Assembly (NCBI GenBank): GCA_021803425.1
Contig: JAJZLN010000021.1
Location: forward strand, 1,252 to 65,251
Origin: Candidatus Micrarchaeota archaeon
GTDB lineage: Archaea; Micrarchaeota; Micrarchaeia; Micrarchaeales; CABMGC01
Length of the DNA stretch: 64,000 bases
Direction of reading: 5' to 3'
Shown: piece after piece, positions 18,502 through 29,205 of the stretch
Position numbering within the stretch: position 1 is the stretch's first letter
Layout of the letters: every line of letters starts with the position of its first letter
Program-made: the position numbers and the translations under genes
Notes under the pieces: model-generated
The model's input: only the letters and a program-made list of their open reading frames with translations
The model's database searches: none
What the model was told of the DNA's origin: nothing

Positions 18502-20883
18502 ATGAAAACCATGAAAAAATTGGATGAAATAAAAAACTGGTCTGCAGATATAGAAAACAGCATAACAACTATGTGGAAGGATTCCGGTGAATTCAAATTC
18601 AACTCTAAAACTGATAAAGAGATATACTCTATAGATACTCCTCCGCCTTACATAAACCAACCGATACATATCGGGCATGCGGCTACATATTCATTCATGG
18701 ATATGTTTGCGCGTTATAAAAGAATGAAGGGTTATGAGGTACTGTTTCCGCTTGGGCTTGATAGAAACGGTTTGCCTATAGAGATAGCAGCAGAAAGGCG
18801 CTTTGGCATATCGGCATTTAAAGCAGGAAGGGAAAAATTCCTTGAATACTGTGAAATGTTGCTCAGGGAAACGTCTTTGGAATCAATAGATAGTTTTGTA
18901 AAACTTGGAATATCATTTTCGTCGTTTAGTATAGGCACTGATGCTGGCTCAATATATTTCACAGATTCCCCTGAATATAGGATGTTAACACAATCCACAT
19001 TCATAGACCTGTACAAAAAAGGCATGATATATGAAGACATGAAAGTAAGCAACTGGGATCCTAAACTTCAAACGACAGTAGCGGACTCAGAAATAGACTA
19101 CACTGATATCAACTCTGAATTCAATTACATAGAATGGACAGTGAAAGAAACAGATGAAAAAATAATCATAGCCACGACAAGACCGGAACTGATAGCAACA
19201 TGCAAGAAAGTTATATACAATCCTGAAGATGAGAGATATATTCACCTTGAAGGCAAGACGGCAATTACGCCCGTATTCAATAAAGAGGTTAAGATAATTG
19301 GGCATCCCTTGGCGCAGATAGATAAAGGTACGGGATTAGTGATGATGTGTTCTGCCGGGGACCTGACCGACATACGTTTCTTCAGAGAAATGGGGCTTGA
19401 AGTAGTCATAGCAATAGACAGAGACGGAACCATGAATGAAAATGGCGGGCCCCTCAAAGGCCTGAAAGTCAAAGACGCCAGAGCCAAAATGATAGAGATG
19501 CTTAAGAAAGAGGGATTAGTTGTAAAGCAAGAAAAGATATTGCACAGAACACCGATATCTGAAAGGTCAAAGGCAGAGATAGAGTTTATAGCAATGCCAG
19601 AACTGTACTTGAAGCAATTAGATCTTAAAAAAGAGGTCATTGCAATCGAAAAAAAAATGAAATTTTATCCTGAGGAAGGCAGAAACATACTTGAATCATG
19701 GATTAACTCGGTATCGATAGACTGGCCCATATCAAGAAGGAGGTTCTATGCTACAGAAATACCATTATGGTACGCTGAAGGAATGGTAGCTGTTCCCAAG
19801 CCCGGAAAGTATTACAGGCCGTGGAAGGAGGCCCCCCCAGATGATGCAGAAGTCATGAAAGATGGTAAGATGATAGGTACTGTGGCTGATTTTAAGGATA
19901 GGGAATGGGTAGGCGAAACCAGAGTACTTGACACTTGGTTTGATTCATCAATATCCGAACTCTTTATAACAAAATATAAATCAGACGACCTCCTGTTCAG
20001 CAAGGCTTATCCAGTTACATTGAGACCGCAGGGCAAAGAGATTATTAGGACATGGCTCTATTATACTATATTGAGAGGGTATCTTGAAACTAAAAGCGCA
20101 TGTTTCAAGGATGTATGGATCCATCAGCATATACTTGATGAAAAAGGAATAAAGATGTCCAAGTCGCTGGGTAACACCATAGACCCGCACGAAATAATGA
20201 AGGACTTTGGGGCAGAGGCATTCAGGCTCTGGGTCGCAACAGAGGGAGACATGTCTAAGCAGGACCTTTCATGCTCAAGGGACAAGATACGCGGAGAGCT
20301 CAAGACCATAAACAAGATACTTAACGTTGCAAAATTCGTTAACCAGTTTGAGAAGCCGCAGAGCACGGAACTTACAATCCTTGATGCACTGTTTGTTGAT
20401 AGTATAGAGGAACTCACAGAATATGCTGACAGAGAATTTTCAAATTACAACTTCTACCATCCAGCTTCAAAACTTAGGGACTTTCTGTGGAATACTTTTG
20501 CAGCAAACTATATAGAGATTGTGAAAGCGAGGGCATACAATAAGGAAGGCAAGTTTAGCAAGAAGGAGGAGCAGTCAGCACATTACTCTCTTCACTATAT
20601 ATTTGAAAGATTCGTAACGCTTATGTATCCGATTATACCGCAGGTATCATCTGTCATAGGTGAGAATGCAGGAATAAAAATGTCGTCAGTTGAGTTCCCA
20701 AAAGCTGCAAGACGGGGCACAGACCAGTCAAAGATAGAAAAGATAAAGAAATTCAACTCTGCAGTGTGGAAATCGAAGAGGGAGAAGTCAATAGCACTAA
20801 ATGCGCCAATAGAAGGAATAAAGATTCCAGAAGACCTGAGCGAATTTTCAAAAGATCTGCAGTCGTGCCACAACATCGCATGA
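18502..20883 (+). CDS. valS: Valine--tRNA ligase
   Basis: Class I HIGH motif (DTPPPYINQPIHIGHAATY), RYKRMKGYEVLFPLGLDRNGLPIE and KMSKSLGNTIDP. The 793-aa size and N-terminal pattern match archaeal ValRS rather than IleRS or LeuRS. Confidence 0.8.
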   Translation: MKTMKKLDEIKNWSADIENSITTMWKDSGEFKFNSKTDKEIYSIDTPPPYINQPIHIGHAATYSFMDMFARYKRMKGYEVLFPLGLDRNGLPIEIAAERRFGISAFKAGREKFLEYCEMLLRETSLESIDSFVKLGISFSSFSIGTDAGSIYFTDSPEYRMLTQSTFIDLYKKGMIYEDMKVSNWDPKLQTTVADSEIDYTDINSEFNYIEWTVKETDEKIIIATTRPELIATCKKVIYNPEDERYIHLEGKTAITPVFNKEVKIIGHPLAQIDKGTGLVMMCSAGDLTDIRFFREMGLEVVIAIDRDGTMNENGGPLKGLKVKDARAKMIEMLKKEGLVVKQEKILHRTPISERSKAEIEFIAMPELYLKQLDLKKEVIAIEKKMKFYPEEGRNILESWINSVSIDWPISRRRFYATEIPLWYAEGMVAVPKPGKYYRPWKEAPPDDAEVMKDGKMIGTVADFKDREWVGETRVLDTWFDSSISELFITKYKSDDLLFSKAYPVTLRPQGKEIIRTWLYYTILRGYLETKSACFKDVWIHQHILDEKGIKMSKSLGNTIDPHEIMKDFGAEAFRLWVATEGDMSKQDLSCSRDKIRGELKTINKILNVAKFVNQFEKPQSTELTILDALFVDSIEELTEYADREFSNYNFYHPASKLRDFLWNTFAANYIEIVKARAYNKEGKFSKKEEQSAHYSLHYIFERFVTLMYPIIPQVSSVIGENAGIKMSSVEFPKAARRGTDQSKIEKIKKFNSAVWKSKREKSIALNAPIEGIKIPEDLSEFSKDLQSCHNIA

Positions 20884-21107
20884 GATGTCATTATTGCAGC
20901 TCTAAAAAAACTTTCTGCAATATGCGCATTCATGTTCTTCATCACATTCTTCAATGCAACAGCATTGCATAGCTCTCTTTTGTAGTCTCTTCCGCCTTCA
21001 TCCGCAGATCCCAAAACATATGCACAATATCGCCATGCTTGTTTGTATACGCCTTGTTCAAAAACCAACAGCTCTAACAGATTTCCCAAACCATTTATAA
21101 AATACGC

Positions 21108-22049
21108 ATGCATAATTCAATTATGGGCTATCTCAAGTGCATCAAAATAACAAAGGAATATGAGAAGGCCAGCAAGGCGCTCAGGTCAGTATCTTTCAAG
21201 GTGCCTTCAGAAGGCATATTCGCACTCATAGGCAGGAACGGTGCAGGCAAAACTACCCTTGTAAGGATACTTGCAACACAGCTTCTTCCAACGTCGGGTT
21301 CTGCAAACCTTGCAGGCATGGACGTTGTAAAGGATGCAAAGGACCTGAGAGGGATGATAGCTTGCGTGCCGCAGGAAGCAAGGGCGATAGGCTGGCTTAC
21401 GCCAAGGCAATTCATACTTTCATATCTGCTCTGGAGAGGCATGGATTATTCAGAAGCAAAAAGGAAGACAGAGGATGCAACAAAAATGCTTGGAATAGAC
21501 CAGCACCTAGACACTGCGAACCGGCTTCTTTCAGGAGGCACCAAAAGGAAGGTGCTTGTAGCTAGTGTAATTGCTTCAGGCGCAAAGATACTGTTCCTTG
21601 ACGAACCGACTACAGGGCTTGATCCCATATCAAGGAGCGATCTCTGGAGGATACTATCAAAGCTTAAACGAACCCATTTCATATTCCTCACAACGCACTA
21701 TCTTGAGGAGGCAGAAAGACTTGCAGACAAGATAGGCATACTTGACGAAGGAAAGCTCTTGGCACTTGGAACACTTGAGGAATTAAGGGCCACGGTAAAA
21801 TACCCGTACATAATAAAGATACTGTCTGATAGAAAAATGCTAAAGCCAAGGGAAGGCACAGTTGTAAAGGGCGTAGACGGATATTACCAGATAGCCACAA
21901 AGGAGAAGGATGCATATGAAATATCGAAAGAACTCATAAAAGAAGGGGTCAAGTTTTCCATGAATCCGTTATCCCTGGATGACATATTCTATTACATAGC
22001 CAAAAAACCGATAGAGGCAGAAAATTATGAAAAAGATGAATCATGGTAG
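21108..22049 (+). CDS. ABC transporter ATP-binding protein (ABC-2 / DrrA-CcmA type)
   Basis: Walker A GRNGAGKTT, signature LSGGTKRKVLVA, Walker B LFLDEPTTGLD. The start may be the Met at 21123. Confidence 0.85.
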   Translation: MHNSIMGYLKCIKITKEYEKASKALRSVSFKVPSEGIFALIGRNGAGKTTLVRILATQLLPTSGSANLAGMDVVKDAKDLRGMIACVPQEARAIGWLTPRQFILSYLLWRGMDYSEAKRKTEDATKMLGIDQHLDTANRLLSGGTKRKVLVASVIASGAKILFLDEPTTGLDPISRSDLWRILSKLKRTHFIFLTTHYLEEAERLADKIGILDEGKLLALGTLEELRATVKYPYIIKILSDRKMLKPREGTVVKGVDGYYQIATKEKDAYEISKELIKEGVKFSMNPLSLDDIFYYIAKKPIEAENYEKDESW

Positions 22050-22773
22050 CCAGATATTCGCGTCAATACTTGTAAATGCAGTATACGCGATGATCAATTA
22101 CCCCATAGTGCTCATAAGCACACTTCTTGCCCCGTTCGCGTTCCTTATAGTGATATCATTCGTAAGCCACGGCGCACTTCTTCCAATAGCAATTGGCGGA
22201 GCGTTGATAATGACTATGATCAGTGCAGGGACAAGCCTGCAAGGAGACCTCTCTCATCTGAAGAACGACTTCAAACTGCAGGACATGATAGTCAGCTCCC
22301 CTACAAGCGCAAGAATGTACTTGATAGGGATGGCAATCTCGGAAATAGTGTACGCCCTACCTGCACTATTAGTGCTTGCAATACTTGCAGGCCTTTACAT
22401 AAACACATCCATACTAGGATATGCATCGATAATGGCAGTCATGTCAATAATGTTCATATTCTCGATCTCACTCGGATTTTTCCTCTCAACCCTCACTTCA
22501 GACGTAATACAGAGCTGGGCGTTCACAGGAATAATCTCAACGATACTTTCTGCGCTTCCTCCGGTCTATTATCCGATAAGCTATATACCGCAGCAGTTCC
22601 AATTTATCGCTTATATATCCCCTGCAACATACGCGGCGCAGATAGTGCAGAACGCAACGGGTTACGTAACATTTAGTAATTCAACACTTCTAATAGACTG
22701 GATAGTCATAATAGCAGTGGCAGCGGCAATGACAGTCATAGCTGTCAAAAAGTCAAAATGGCGAGAAGATTAA
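22027..22773 (+). CDS. ABC-2 type transporter permease
   Basis: A 248-aa protein with about 6 TM helices, overlapping the ATPase gene by 23 nt. Confidence 0.7.
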   Translation: MKKMNHGSQIFASILVNAVYAMINYPIVLISTLLAPFAFLIVISFVSHGALLPIAIGGALIMTMISAGTSLQGDLSHLKNDFKLQDMIVSSPTSARMYLIGMAISEIVYALPALLVLAILAGLYINTSILGYASIMAVMSIMFIFSISLGFFLSTLTSDVIQSWAFTGIISTILSALPPVYYPISYIPQQFQFIAYISPATYAAQIVQNATGYVTFSNSTLLIDWIVIIAVAAAMTVIAVKKSKWRED

Positions 22774-22785
22774 TGAGGCGAAAAT

Positions 22786-23061
22786 ATGGGAAACCAAATA
22801 AGATGCGCGCACATACTTGTTGAGAAGGAGTCACTAGCAAAGGAGATAGCTGAAAGGATAAAAAAGGGCGAATCTTTCTCAAAACTTGCAGAACAGTATT
22901 CTATAGACGGATCCAGAAGAAGAGGAGGGGACCTGGGGACTTTTACAAGGGGAGTGATGGTTAAGGAATTTGAGAGTGCAGCTTTTAAACTGCAGAAGGG
23001 AGAGGTCTCTGCCCCGGTTAAGACACAGTTTGGATACCATATAATAAAAAGACTTGAATGA
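22786..23061 (+). CDS. Parvulin-type peptidyl-prolyl cis-trans isomerase
   Basis: RCAHILV...GGDLGTFTRGVMVKEFESAAFKLQKGEVSAPVKTQFGYHIIKRLE; single-domain PpiC/parvulin, 91 aa. Confidence 0.85.
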   Translation: MGNQIRCAHILVEKESLAKEIAERIKKGESFSKLAEQYSIDGSRRRGGDLGTFTRGVMVKEFESAAFKLQKGEVSAPVKTQFGYHIIKRLE

Positions 23062-23185
23062 TTTCTTGCACGGAATATGAGAAGTTCAATGCAACAAAAA
23101 ACAAAGGAAAATTTAAATATGCGTAGTTTAAAACAACTAATAGAAGAAGAATGCAGTGATAATTAACGAGATTTGAAGTGAGAAA

Positions 23186-23494
23186 ATGCAAGAACAATAC
23201 GAAACAGGAGAATCAAACAGTGGAATGCCGGGGAATGTGGTATTAATAGGGAAGAAACCGCCTATGAACTATGTTCTGGCAGTAGTCACACAGTTTAACA
23301 ATGGCGTAAAGAGCGTGAAGATACGAGCAAGGGGAAACTCCATATCAAGAGCCGTAGACGTAGCTGAAATATCTAGAAACAGATTTATAACTGATGCTAC
23401 TGTGGATACTATAGCGATAGGTTCTGAGGAAATTGCAAACGAGGATGGCACAAAGTCTAAGGTAAGTTCAATAGAGATAACTCTTGCAAGGTAA
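23186..23494 (+). CDS. albA: DNA/RNA-binding protein Alba
   Basis: [50 protein letters not shown] is the Alba signature region; 102 aa. Confidence 0.85.
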   Translation: MQEQYETGESNSGMPGNVVLIGKKPPMNYVLAVVTQFNNGVKSVKIRARGNSISRAVDVAEISRNRFITDATVDTIAIGSEEIANEDGTKSKVSSIEITLAR

Positions 23495-23502
23495 ACGCAT
23501 AA

Positions 23503-23889
23503 TTATCTCTTCTTATTCAGCATTTTCACAACATCCGTAGAGGATATGGTACCGATACATATCATGCTATGCCTGTCAAGTACTACGGGAATCCTGCCGA
23601 TCCTATTATTTATGAGCGCCATAGAAACCTTGTGCAAATCGTAATTGGATTCAACAAACACCGGTTTTCGGACTATATCTCCAATCTCGGAGTTCGTACC
23701 ACTGTATTTATTTAAATCAGATTCAGAAACCATTCCACAGAGTTTCCTTCCTTCAAGTACAGGAAGAATGTTAACTTTTGAAGTGCTGACGAGCCTTATC
23801 GCGGTAGTTATCTTTGTTGTTCTTGAAACCCCGACAATATGCTTATTCATTATATCCTTTGCAACAGCCATAAAACCACAATAAACCAT
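23503..23889 (-). CDS. CBS domain pair protein
   Basis: Two CBS-like units (DIMNKHIVGV...ILPVLEGRKLCGMVSESDL and VESNYDLHKV...RIPVVLDRHSMICIGTISSTDV); 128 aa. Confidence 0.8.
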   Translation of the reverse strand: MVYCGFMAVAKDIMNKHIVGVSRTTKITTAIRLVSTSKVNILPVLEGRKLCGMVSESDLNKYSGTNSEIGDIVRKPVFVESNYDLHKVSMALINNRIGRIPVVLDRHSMICIGTISSTDVVKMLNKKR

Positions 23890-24133
23890 TATGCATCTAG
23901 CATTTATGGTATTTTACCTTGCAGCTACATACAGTAATACGATACTTGTATCGCGGCCACGTTCCGAATTTATAATTACAGGTAGGTAAAACGACCTTAT
24001 CTACTACGCAATTAATATTTATACATGTTTGTTGGCTCACTAACTTTTATCCATACTTAGAAGGCAATCGGTTTAAGCGCTGTGAATTTATAAACCTTTT
24101 AAGCTTTATATGAAATAACATTACGGTGTTTAA

Positions 24134-25432
24134 TTGAAAACGCTCTATAGAACCGATTATGTTGGGGATATAACACCAGATATGGATGGACAGACTGTGG
24201 TAGTTTCAGGGTGGGTTCATGAAATCAGAAATATAGGCAAAATAGTGTTCATACTTCTTAGAGATCGCACAGGCATAATACAGATAATAGGAAAGGAGGG
24301 CGTGGTTAATGATGATATCATAAAATCAATGAGTATGCCTAAGGAAAGCGTGATAATGGTAAGGGGCGTGATAAAAAAGAATCAAGAAAGTAAATCAGGT
24401 TTTGAGATAATACCATTGGAGATAACTAACTTGAACCCTCTTGAATTGATGATGCCTTTTGAGGTGACTGGAAAAGTACCGGCAGACATTGATGTCAGAC
24501 TAGATAACAGGCATATAGATCTTAGACGGCTTGAAACTACTTCAATATTCAAGATACAGTCCACAATATTGAATTCGTTCAGGAACACCATGCTAAAAGA
24601 AAAATTTACTGAAATACGCACTCCGTCTCTAGTTGAGGCTGCAACAGAAGGCGGTTCAGATCTCTTTGAAGTAGAATACTTTGAAAAAAAGGCTTTTCTT
24701 GCACAATCTCCACAACTTTATAAGCAGCTATCCATAATAGGGGGTATGGACAGGGTTTTCATGATAGTCCCGGTTTTCAGAGCTGAGAAGCATAATACAA
24801 TATACCATCTTAATGAGATAACTCAAATGGACGCGGAAATTGGATTTGCAGACCATAATGATGCAATACGCATGCTCAAAAATACGGTAAAGAGAATATT
24901 TTCAGATGTTGCAACCAACAATAATGCAGATCTTAAACGGCTAAATTCCAGACTTAAAGAAGAAAAGATAAAGGAGATAACATACAAGAAGGCGCTTTCT
25001 ATACTTAATTCTGAAGGACATGAGATAGAATTCGGGCAGGATTTCAGCAGAGAACATGAAGAGACTTTATGCTCTGTAGTAAGCAATGTACTAATAGTCA
25101 AGGAATTTCCATCAAGCGTTAGGGCGTTTTACAGCATGCCTAACGAAAAAGATAAACAGGTATGCAATAGTTTTGACATGCTTTACAATGGACTAGAGAT
25201 ATCAAGCGGTGCGCAGAGGATACATATACCAAGTATGTTGATACAATCGATAAAAGAACATGGATTAAATCCGGAAAATTTTGATTTTTACGTGAATGCT
25301 TTTAAACAAGGCTCTCCGCCACATGCAGGATGGAGTCTGGGACTCGAAAGACTTACGATGAAAATTGCTAACGTACATAATATACGCGAATGCTCCCTGT
25401 TTCCTAGAGACAGAGTACGACTGAAGCCGTGA
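24134..25432 (+). CDS. aspS: Aspartate--tRNA ligase (archaeal type)
   Basis: OB-fold N-terminus (GWVHEIRNIGKIVFILLRDRTGIIQI), FLAQSPQLYKQL, class II motifs FRAEKHNT and GSPPHAGWSLGLERL. TTG start; 432 aa. Confidence 0.85.
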   Translation: MKTLYRTDYVGDITPDMDGQTVVVSGWVHEIRNIGKIVFILLRDRTGIIQIIGKEGVVNDDIIKSMSMPKESVIMVRGVIKKNQESKSGFEIIPLEITNLNPLELMMPFEVTGKVPADIDVRLDNRHIDLRRLETTSIFKIQSTILNSFRNTMLKEKFTEIRTPSLVEAATEGGSDLFEVEYFEKKAFLAQSPQLYKQLSIIGGMDRVFMIVPVFRAEKHNTIYHLNEITQMDAEIGFADHNDAIRMLKNTVKRIFSDVATNNNADLKRLNSRLKEEKIKEITYKKALSILNSEGHEIEFGQDFSREHEETLCSVVSNVLIVKEFPSSVRAFYSMPNEKDKQVCNSFDMLYNGLEISSGAQRIHIPSMLIQSIKEHGLNPENFDFYVNAFKQGSPPHAGWSLGLERLTMKIANVHNIRECSLFPRDRVRLKP

Positions 25433-25436
25433 TATA

Positions 25437-25919
25437 ATGGATATTAAATTAGTCACTATGAAAAAAGACAATGACGTACAGATTATAATAGGGCATGCAG
25501 GATTCATAAAAACAGTGGAAGATCTTTATGAAAGTATTGTGTGCTCTGTGCCAAATATTAGTTTTGGTCTGGCATTTGTAGAGGCAAGTGGACCATGTCT
25601 GATACGCAGCGAAGGCAACAATGCAAAATTAAGAAAGATGTGCGAATATAACGCGCTGGCAATAAACGCGGGCCATACTTTTATTATGATGTTTAAGAAT
25701 GCGTTTCCTATAAATGTGAACAATGCAGTAAAGGCAGTACCTGAAGTAGTGAGAGTATATTGTTCAACTGCAAATAATGTCCAAGTAGTAATTGTGGAAA
25801 CGGGACAAGGAAGAGGAATACTTGGAGTAATTGATGGATCTTCTGGCACAAAAATAGAGACTAAAAAAGACAAAATAAAAAGAATGAAATTATTGCGCAA
25901 TTTAGGATATAAACTATGA
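25437..25919 (+). CDS. COG1839 / adenosine-specific kinase family protein
   Basis: 160 aa. GHAGFIKTVEDLYE...FGLAFVEASGPCLIRSEGN...NAGHTFI...VPEVVRVYCSTAN recalls the PF04008 family. Called from memory. Confidence 0.55.
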   Translation: MDIKLVTMKKDNDVQIIIGHAGFIKTVEDLYESIVCSVPNISFGLAFVEASGPCLIRSEGNNAKLRKMCEYNALAINAGHTFIMMFKNAFPINVNNAVKAVPEVVRVYCSTANNVQVVIVETGQGRGILGVIDGSSGTKIETKKDKIKRMKLLRNLGYKL

Positions 25920-26069
25920 TAATGTGGCCATCAAAAACGGCATCATATGGAACATATGCTGTTTTATAATAAATTCATTTAATGAAACTATATTAGATGG
26001 AAAGATTAACACAGGCAGAAAGGGATAAACGGATTTTTAAAACTATTATTTAAACCTTTATTATGAAAT

Positions 26070-27827
26070 ATGTACATGGTTTCTATAAAATTTGCACTGA
26101 TAATATCATTCGTGATTATTTCTCAGGCATACGCATATACTGTGCATATTAGTGCGCCTGCAGTATTGAATGGCACAGATACAGGAACCCTTACTGGAGT
26201 GTCTTTAAATGTTACCCCAGGAAATGGCATTATAGAAATTAATGCCGGAAATATGAGTATAGGAAATGATACTGTAAACTCCGCTAAGCAAGCGGTATAT
26301 TATGCAGCCACGTATCTTAATAAAAGTCAGGCATCGTACAATTTTATTTTTACAATAGATACTTTAGGAAGCGTATCAGGACCGAGTGCAGGTGCGCTTT
26401 TTACAGTAATGGCAATAGCTGCGCTTGAACATAAACAACTTATGGGCAACTTTACTGAAACAGGGACGATAAATCCTAACGGGACAATAGGACAGATAGG
26501 TGGAATCTTCGACAAAGTAGGAGCGGCACAAAAATATCACAAAAAATTTATAATAGTACCATATGTGTACAACAAAAGCACGGAATATATGCTTTATTAT
26601 CTATCACAACAGGCATATTCTATACCGCTAGTTGAAGCGCGAAATATTTCAGAGGCATTGCAATACGCATTTGGCACAACTCCGCCAACATACCTAAATT
26701 ATAACATAACTGCTGACTATAATACCAGTTCTTTGGAAAATGCAAGTGCATTTTGCACATATTGCAATGAAAGCAGCTTTGCCGAATTGACGAATTTTAC
26801 ATTTAATTATGTTGGAGAAGAAATAAACAGCATTAACAGTTCAAAATTTGGGGCACTTAAATCTCAAATGAATGCGCTTTTATTGCAGTATAAAAATATT
26901 TCTATGAAAGGTTATATGTATACCGGAGCAGATTATGCATTTATAGAATATCCAACTGCATTTTTGTTTGCAAATTACAATGCTTCCAATGAAACAAAAG
27001 CAATGGCCATAATAAATAATATATACAACTATTGCAGTTCCTTGAATTATACAGGACAGATGACACAGAATAATTATGAGTATGTGATAGGAGGGAATCT
27101 TAGGAAAGATTGGGCATTAGTAACATTATCCCAGTCAATTGAGTTGCTTAATTCATCCCAAACTAGCGATGGAGTGCTCTTTGCATTGGACTCGGCCGCA
27201 CCTGCTTATGGATGGTGTGCAGCTGCAAGTGAAATGTATAATATGTCTTATAGCATTGGTGGAAATGAATATATTTCACTACAACCTAAGGTTGCTTCAC
27301 TTGCATCATATGAGCTTTCAGAAGCCGTAAAAAAATACGGATCACAGCAACTATATGTGAAAGCTGCGAATTACAGTTTCAATAACGGAGATTACGCAAC
27401 TACTTTGTATTCCCTAACTTATGCAAACGTATTTTATAACCTCAGCACTTCAATAAACCACAACCAAACAGAAACTGAAAATGCAGTAAAATATGCATTA
27501 GAATCTGCAAATGGGATATGGTCAACGCAATTTGCACTTCAAAGTGAATTTTATCTTGAAGAAGCCTCTTTTAATGGAAATTCAATAGGGTACATGCAAG
27601 ATGCCTATAGCACTTCATTGCTATCTGAAAGACTGGGAAACCTGAACACGTATCTAAACCATTCATTTTCATATTCAAACAACACATCCATTCAGTATTT
27701 GCAACCCAAAATATCGCAGGAATTGGGTCTGATATTTGGGGTGCTTGTGATCATACTAATGGCACTAATAGCAATATTGATAATGCTGATAGTGCACATT
27801 CTTGATCACAAACGTACAAAAAGGTAG
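26070..27827 (+). CDS. Secreted, membrane-anchored Lon-like (S16) serine protease domain protein (COG1750-like)
   Basis: N-terminal signal/TM. Lon proteolytic-domain motifs VSGPSAGALFTVMAIAAL (Ser) and GTINPNGTIGQIGGIFDKVGAA (Lys). Large C-terminal domain rich in N-x-S/T, then a C-terminal TM (LGLIFGVLVIILMALIAILIMLIV). Confidence 0.6.
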   Translation: MYMVSIKFALIISFVIISQAYAYTVHISAPAVLNGTDTGTLTGVSLNVTPGNGIIEINAGNMSIGNDTVNSAKQAVYYAATYLNKSQASYNFIFTIDTLGSVSGPSAGALFTVMAIAALEHKQLMGNFTETGTINPNGTIGQIGGIFDKVGAAQKYHKKFIIVPYVYNKSTEYMLYYLSQQAYSIPLVEARNISEALQYAFGTTPPTYLNYNITADYNTSSLENASAFCTYCNESSFAELTNFTFNYVGEEINSINSSKFGALKSQMNALLLQYKNISMKGYMYTGADYAFIEYPTAFLFANYNASNETKAMAIINNIYNYCSSLNYTGQMTQNNYEYVIGGNLRKDWALVTLSQSIELLNSSQTSDGVLFALDSAAPAYGWCAAASEMYNMSYSIGGNEYISLQPKVASLASYELSEAVKKYGSQQLYVKAANYSFNNGDYATTLYSLTYANVFYNLSTSINHNQTETENAVKYALESANGIWSTQFALQSEFYLEEASFNGNSIGYMQDAYSTSLLSERLGNLNTYLNHSFSYSNNTSIQYLQPKISQELGLIFGVLVIILMALIAILIMLIVHILDHKRTKR

Positions 27828-28293
27828 TGCAGCTATGGAATCGGATGTTTTTTGCATAAAGGAACAGACAAACAAGACGGTATTTTATGAGTCTGAACAC
27901 ATTATCATACTCTATGACATAAAACCGGTAGTAAAAGGCCATATTCTAATAATACCGAAGAGACATATTGAGGACACATTAGAACTGACTAATGAAGAAA
28001 TATATGATATGAATAGCGTACTAAAAAAAGTGCTTCCGAGGATATTGGAGATGTATGGTGATGAACATAGGTCATATAATATATCCTCGCAGATAGGGCA
28101 ATACTCTGGAAGAAGCGTGCCGCACCTGCACATACATATTATACCAAGAAGAAAAGATGATATTTATCAAGAACCAATGAAGAATATTTTTGAAGATCTG
28201 AGATTAAACAAAACGCATTTTACATATAAAGATGTGGAAATTGAAGTCAAAAAGCTTAGAAAGGAATTTGGATACCCGCAAATGAAGAAATGA
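27802..28293 (+). CDS. HIT (histidine triad) family hydrolase
   Basis: VVKGHILIIPKRH and the histidine triad VPHLHIHIIPR. The likely start is the ATG at 27835, just after the upstream stop at 27827. Confidence 0.85.
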   Translation: MITNVQKGSAAMESDVFCIKEQTNKTVFYESEHIIILYDIKPVVKGHILIIPKRHIEDTLELTNEEIYDMNSVLKKVLPRILEMYGDEHRSYNISSQIGQYSGRSVPHLHIHIIPRRKDDIYQEPMKNIFEDLRLNKTHFTYKDVEIEVKKLRKEFGYPQMKK

Positions 28294-29125
28294 ATATGCA
28301 AACCAATGCAATGCCCATTGCAATGAGAGATATGTTTCTTATTTTATCATAACTTCGTTTTTTGTGCATTAAAAATATGTATCCTGAATACAAAAGCATC
28401 GCATCAGATATTAAAATAGGTACAATATATATTAGATTGTGAAAGAAAGGCCGAGTATAAAAGAACATGAAGATGCTTATTATTACTGAGAATATGTAGA
28501 GTAAAAAAGAGATGTAAGAAGATGCAGGTGTGCCTATGGCTATTGGCAAGGTTACAGCATTTCTTACTTTCATGTCTCCTTCATAATCTCGTATAGTGCC
28601 GTGTATTTCTCTTGCAAGACCACTTAGAAATATAAGTGCAAAAATTAGTAGATCCGTATAATTAATGCTACTTGATACAACATAATTACCATATATGAAT
28701 GGTATTGCCATCGCAAATGCAACATATGCATTTCCTAAAATAGGAAGTCGCTTAAGCCAATAACTATAAAGTATAGATAATGCACCGAATATTACAGCTA
28801 TAGCAATACAATAGGTATTTATCAAAATGCTTGATGCAATACCTATGATTAGGCTTATTGCTGAGATATAAATAGCGTAAGTTGGTTTAAGTTCTCTGGT
28901 GACTAATGGCCTCATTTTCTTATTCTTCCTGTCAGTATCGATGTCAAAATAATCGTTTATTGCAAATGCGCTCATACTCAAAAATATTGGAGTTATTATA
29001 CTTAAGATTAGAATTCCTGGAGAAGGTATTGCTCCAGCTATGGCCTCTGCGGCAATAACTGCAATTATTAGCATTATGCTATGCTCTATCCTAACCAACT
29101 TGAACAGAGACATTAGTTTTGACAT
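28256..29125 (-). CDS. UbiA-family prenyltransferase, likely digeranylgeranylglyceryl phosphate synthase
   Basis: Polytopic membrane protein with NDYFDIDTDRKNKKMRP (first Asp-rich motif) and a second motif near EIHGTIRDYEGD; 289 aa, the size of archaeal DGGGP synthases. Confidence 0.7.
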   Translation of the reverse strand: MSKLMSLFKLVRIEHSIMLIIAVIAAEAIAGAIPSPGILILSIITPIFLSMSAFAINDYFDIDTDRKNKKMRPLVTRELKPTYAIYISAISLIIGIASSILINTYCIAIAVIFGALSILYSYWLKRLPILGNAYVAFAMAIPFIYGNYVVSSSINYTDLLIFALIFLSGLAREIHGTIRDYEGDMKVRNAVTLPIAIGTPASSYISFLLYIFSVIISIFMFFYTRPFFHNLIYIVPILISDAMLLYSGYIFLMHKKRSYDKIRNISLIAMGIALVCIFISSFAGIQIPF

Positions 29126-29205
29126 GACAGTTTTTTACACTTATAATATATAAAGAATAGCAGCGGTTTCAAATTGTTTTTATATTTATTCCACAATATA
29201 AGATC

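Noticed and set aside
20595-21113. 172-aa minus-strand ORF spanning the valS / ABC-ATPase intergenic region
   Set aside because: 289 nt of it are antisense to the 3' end of valS. Only the first ~76 codons lie in the 224-nt spacer, and no motif was recognised. A short real gene cannot be fully excluded, but there is no positive evidence.
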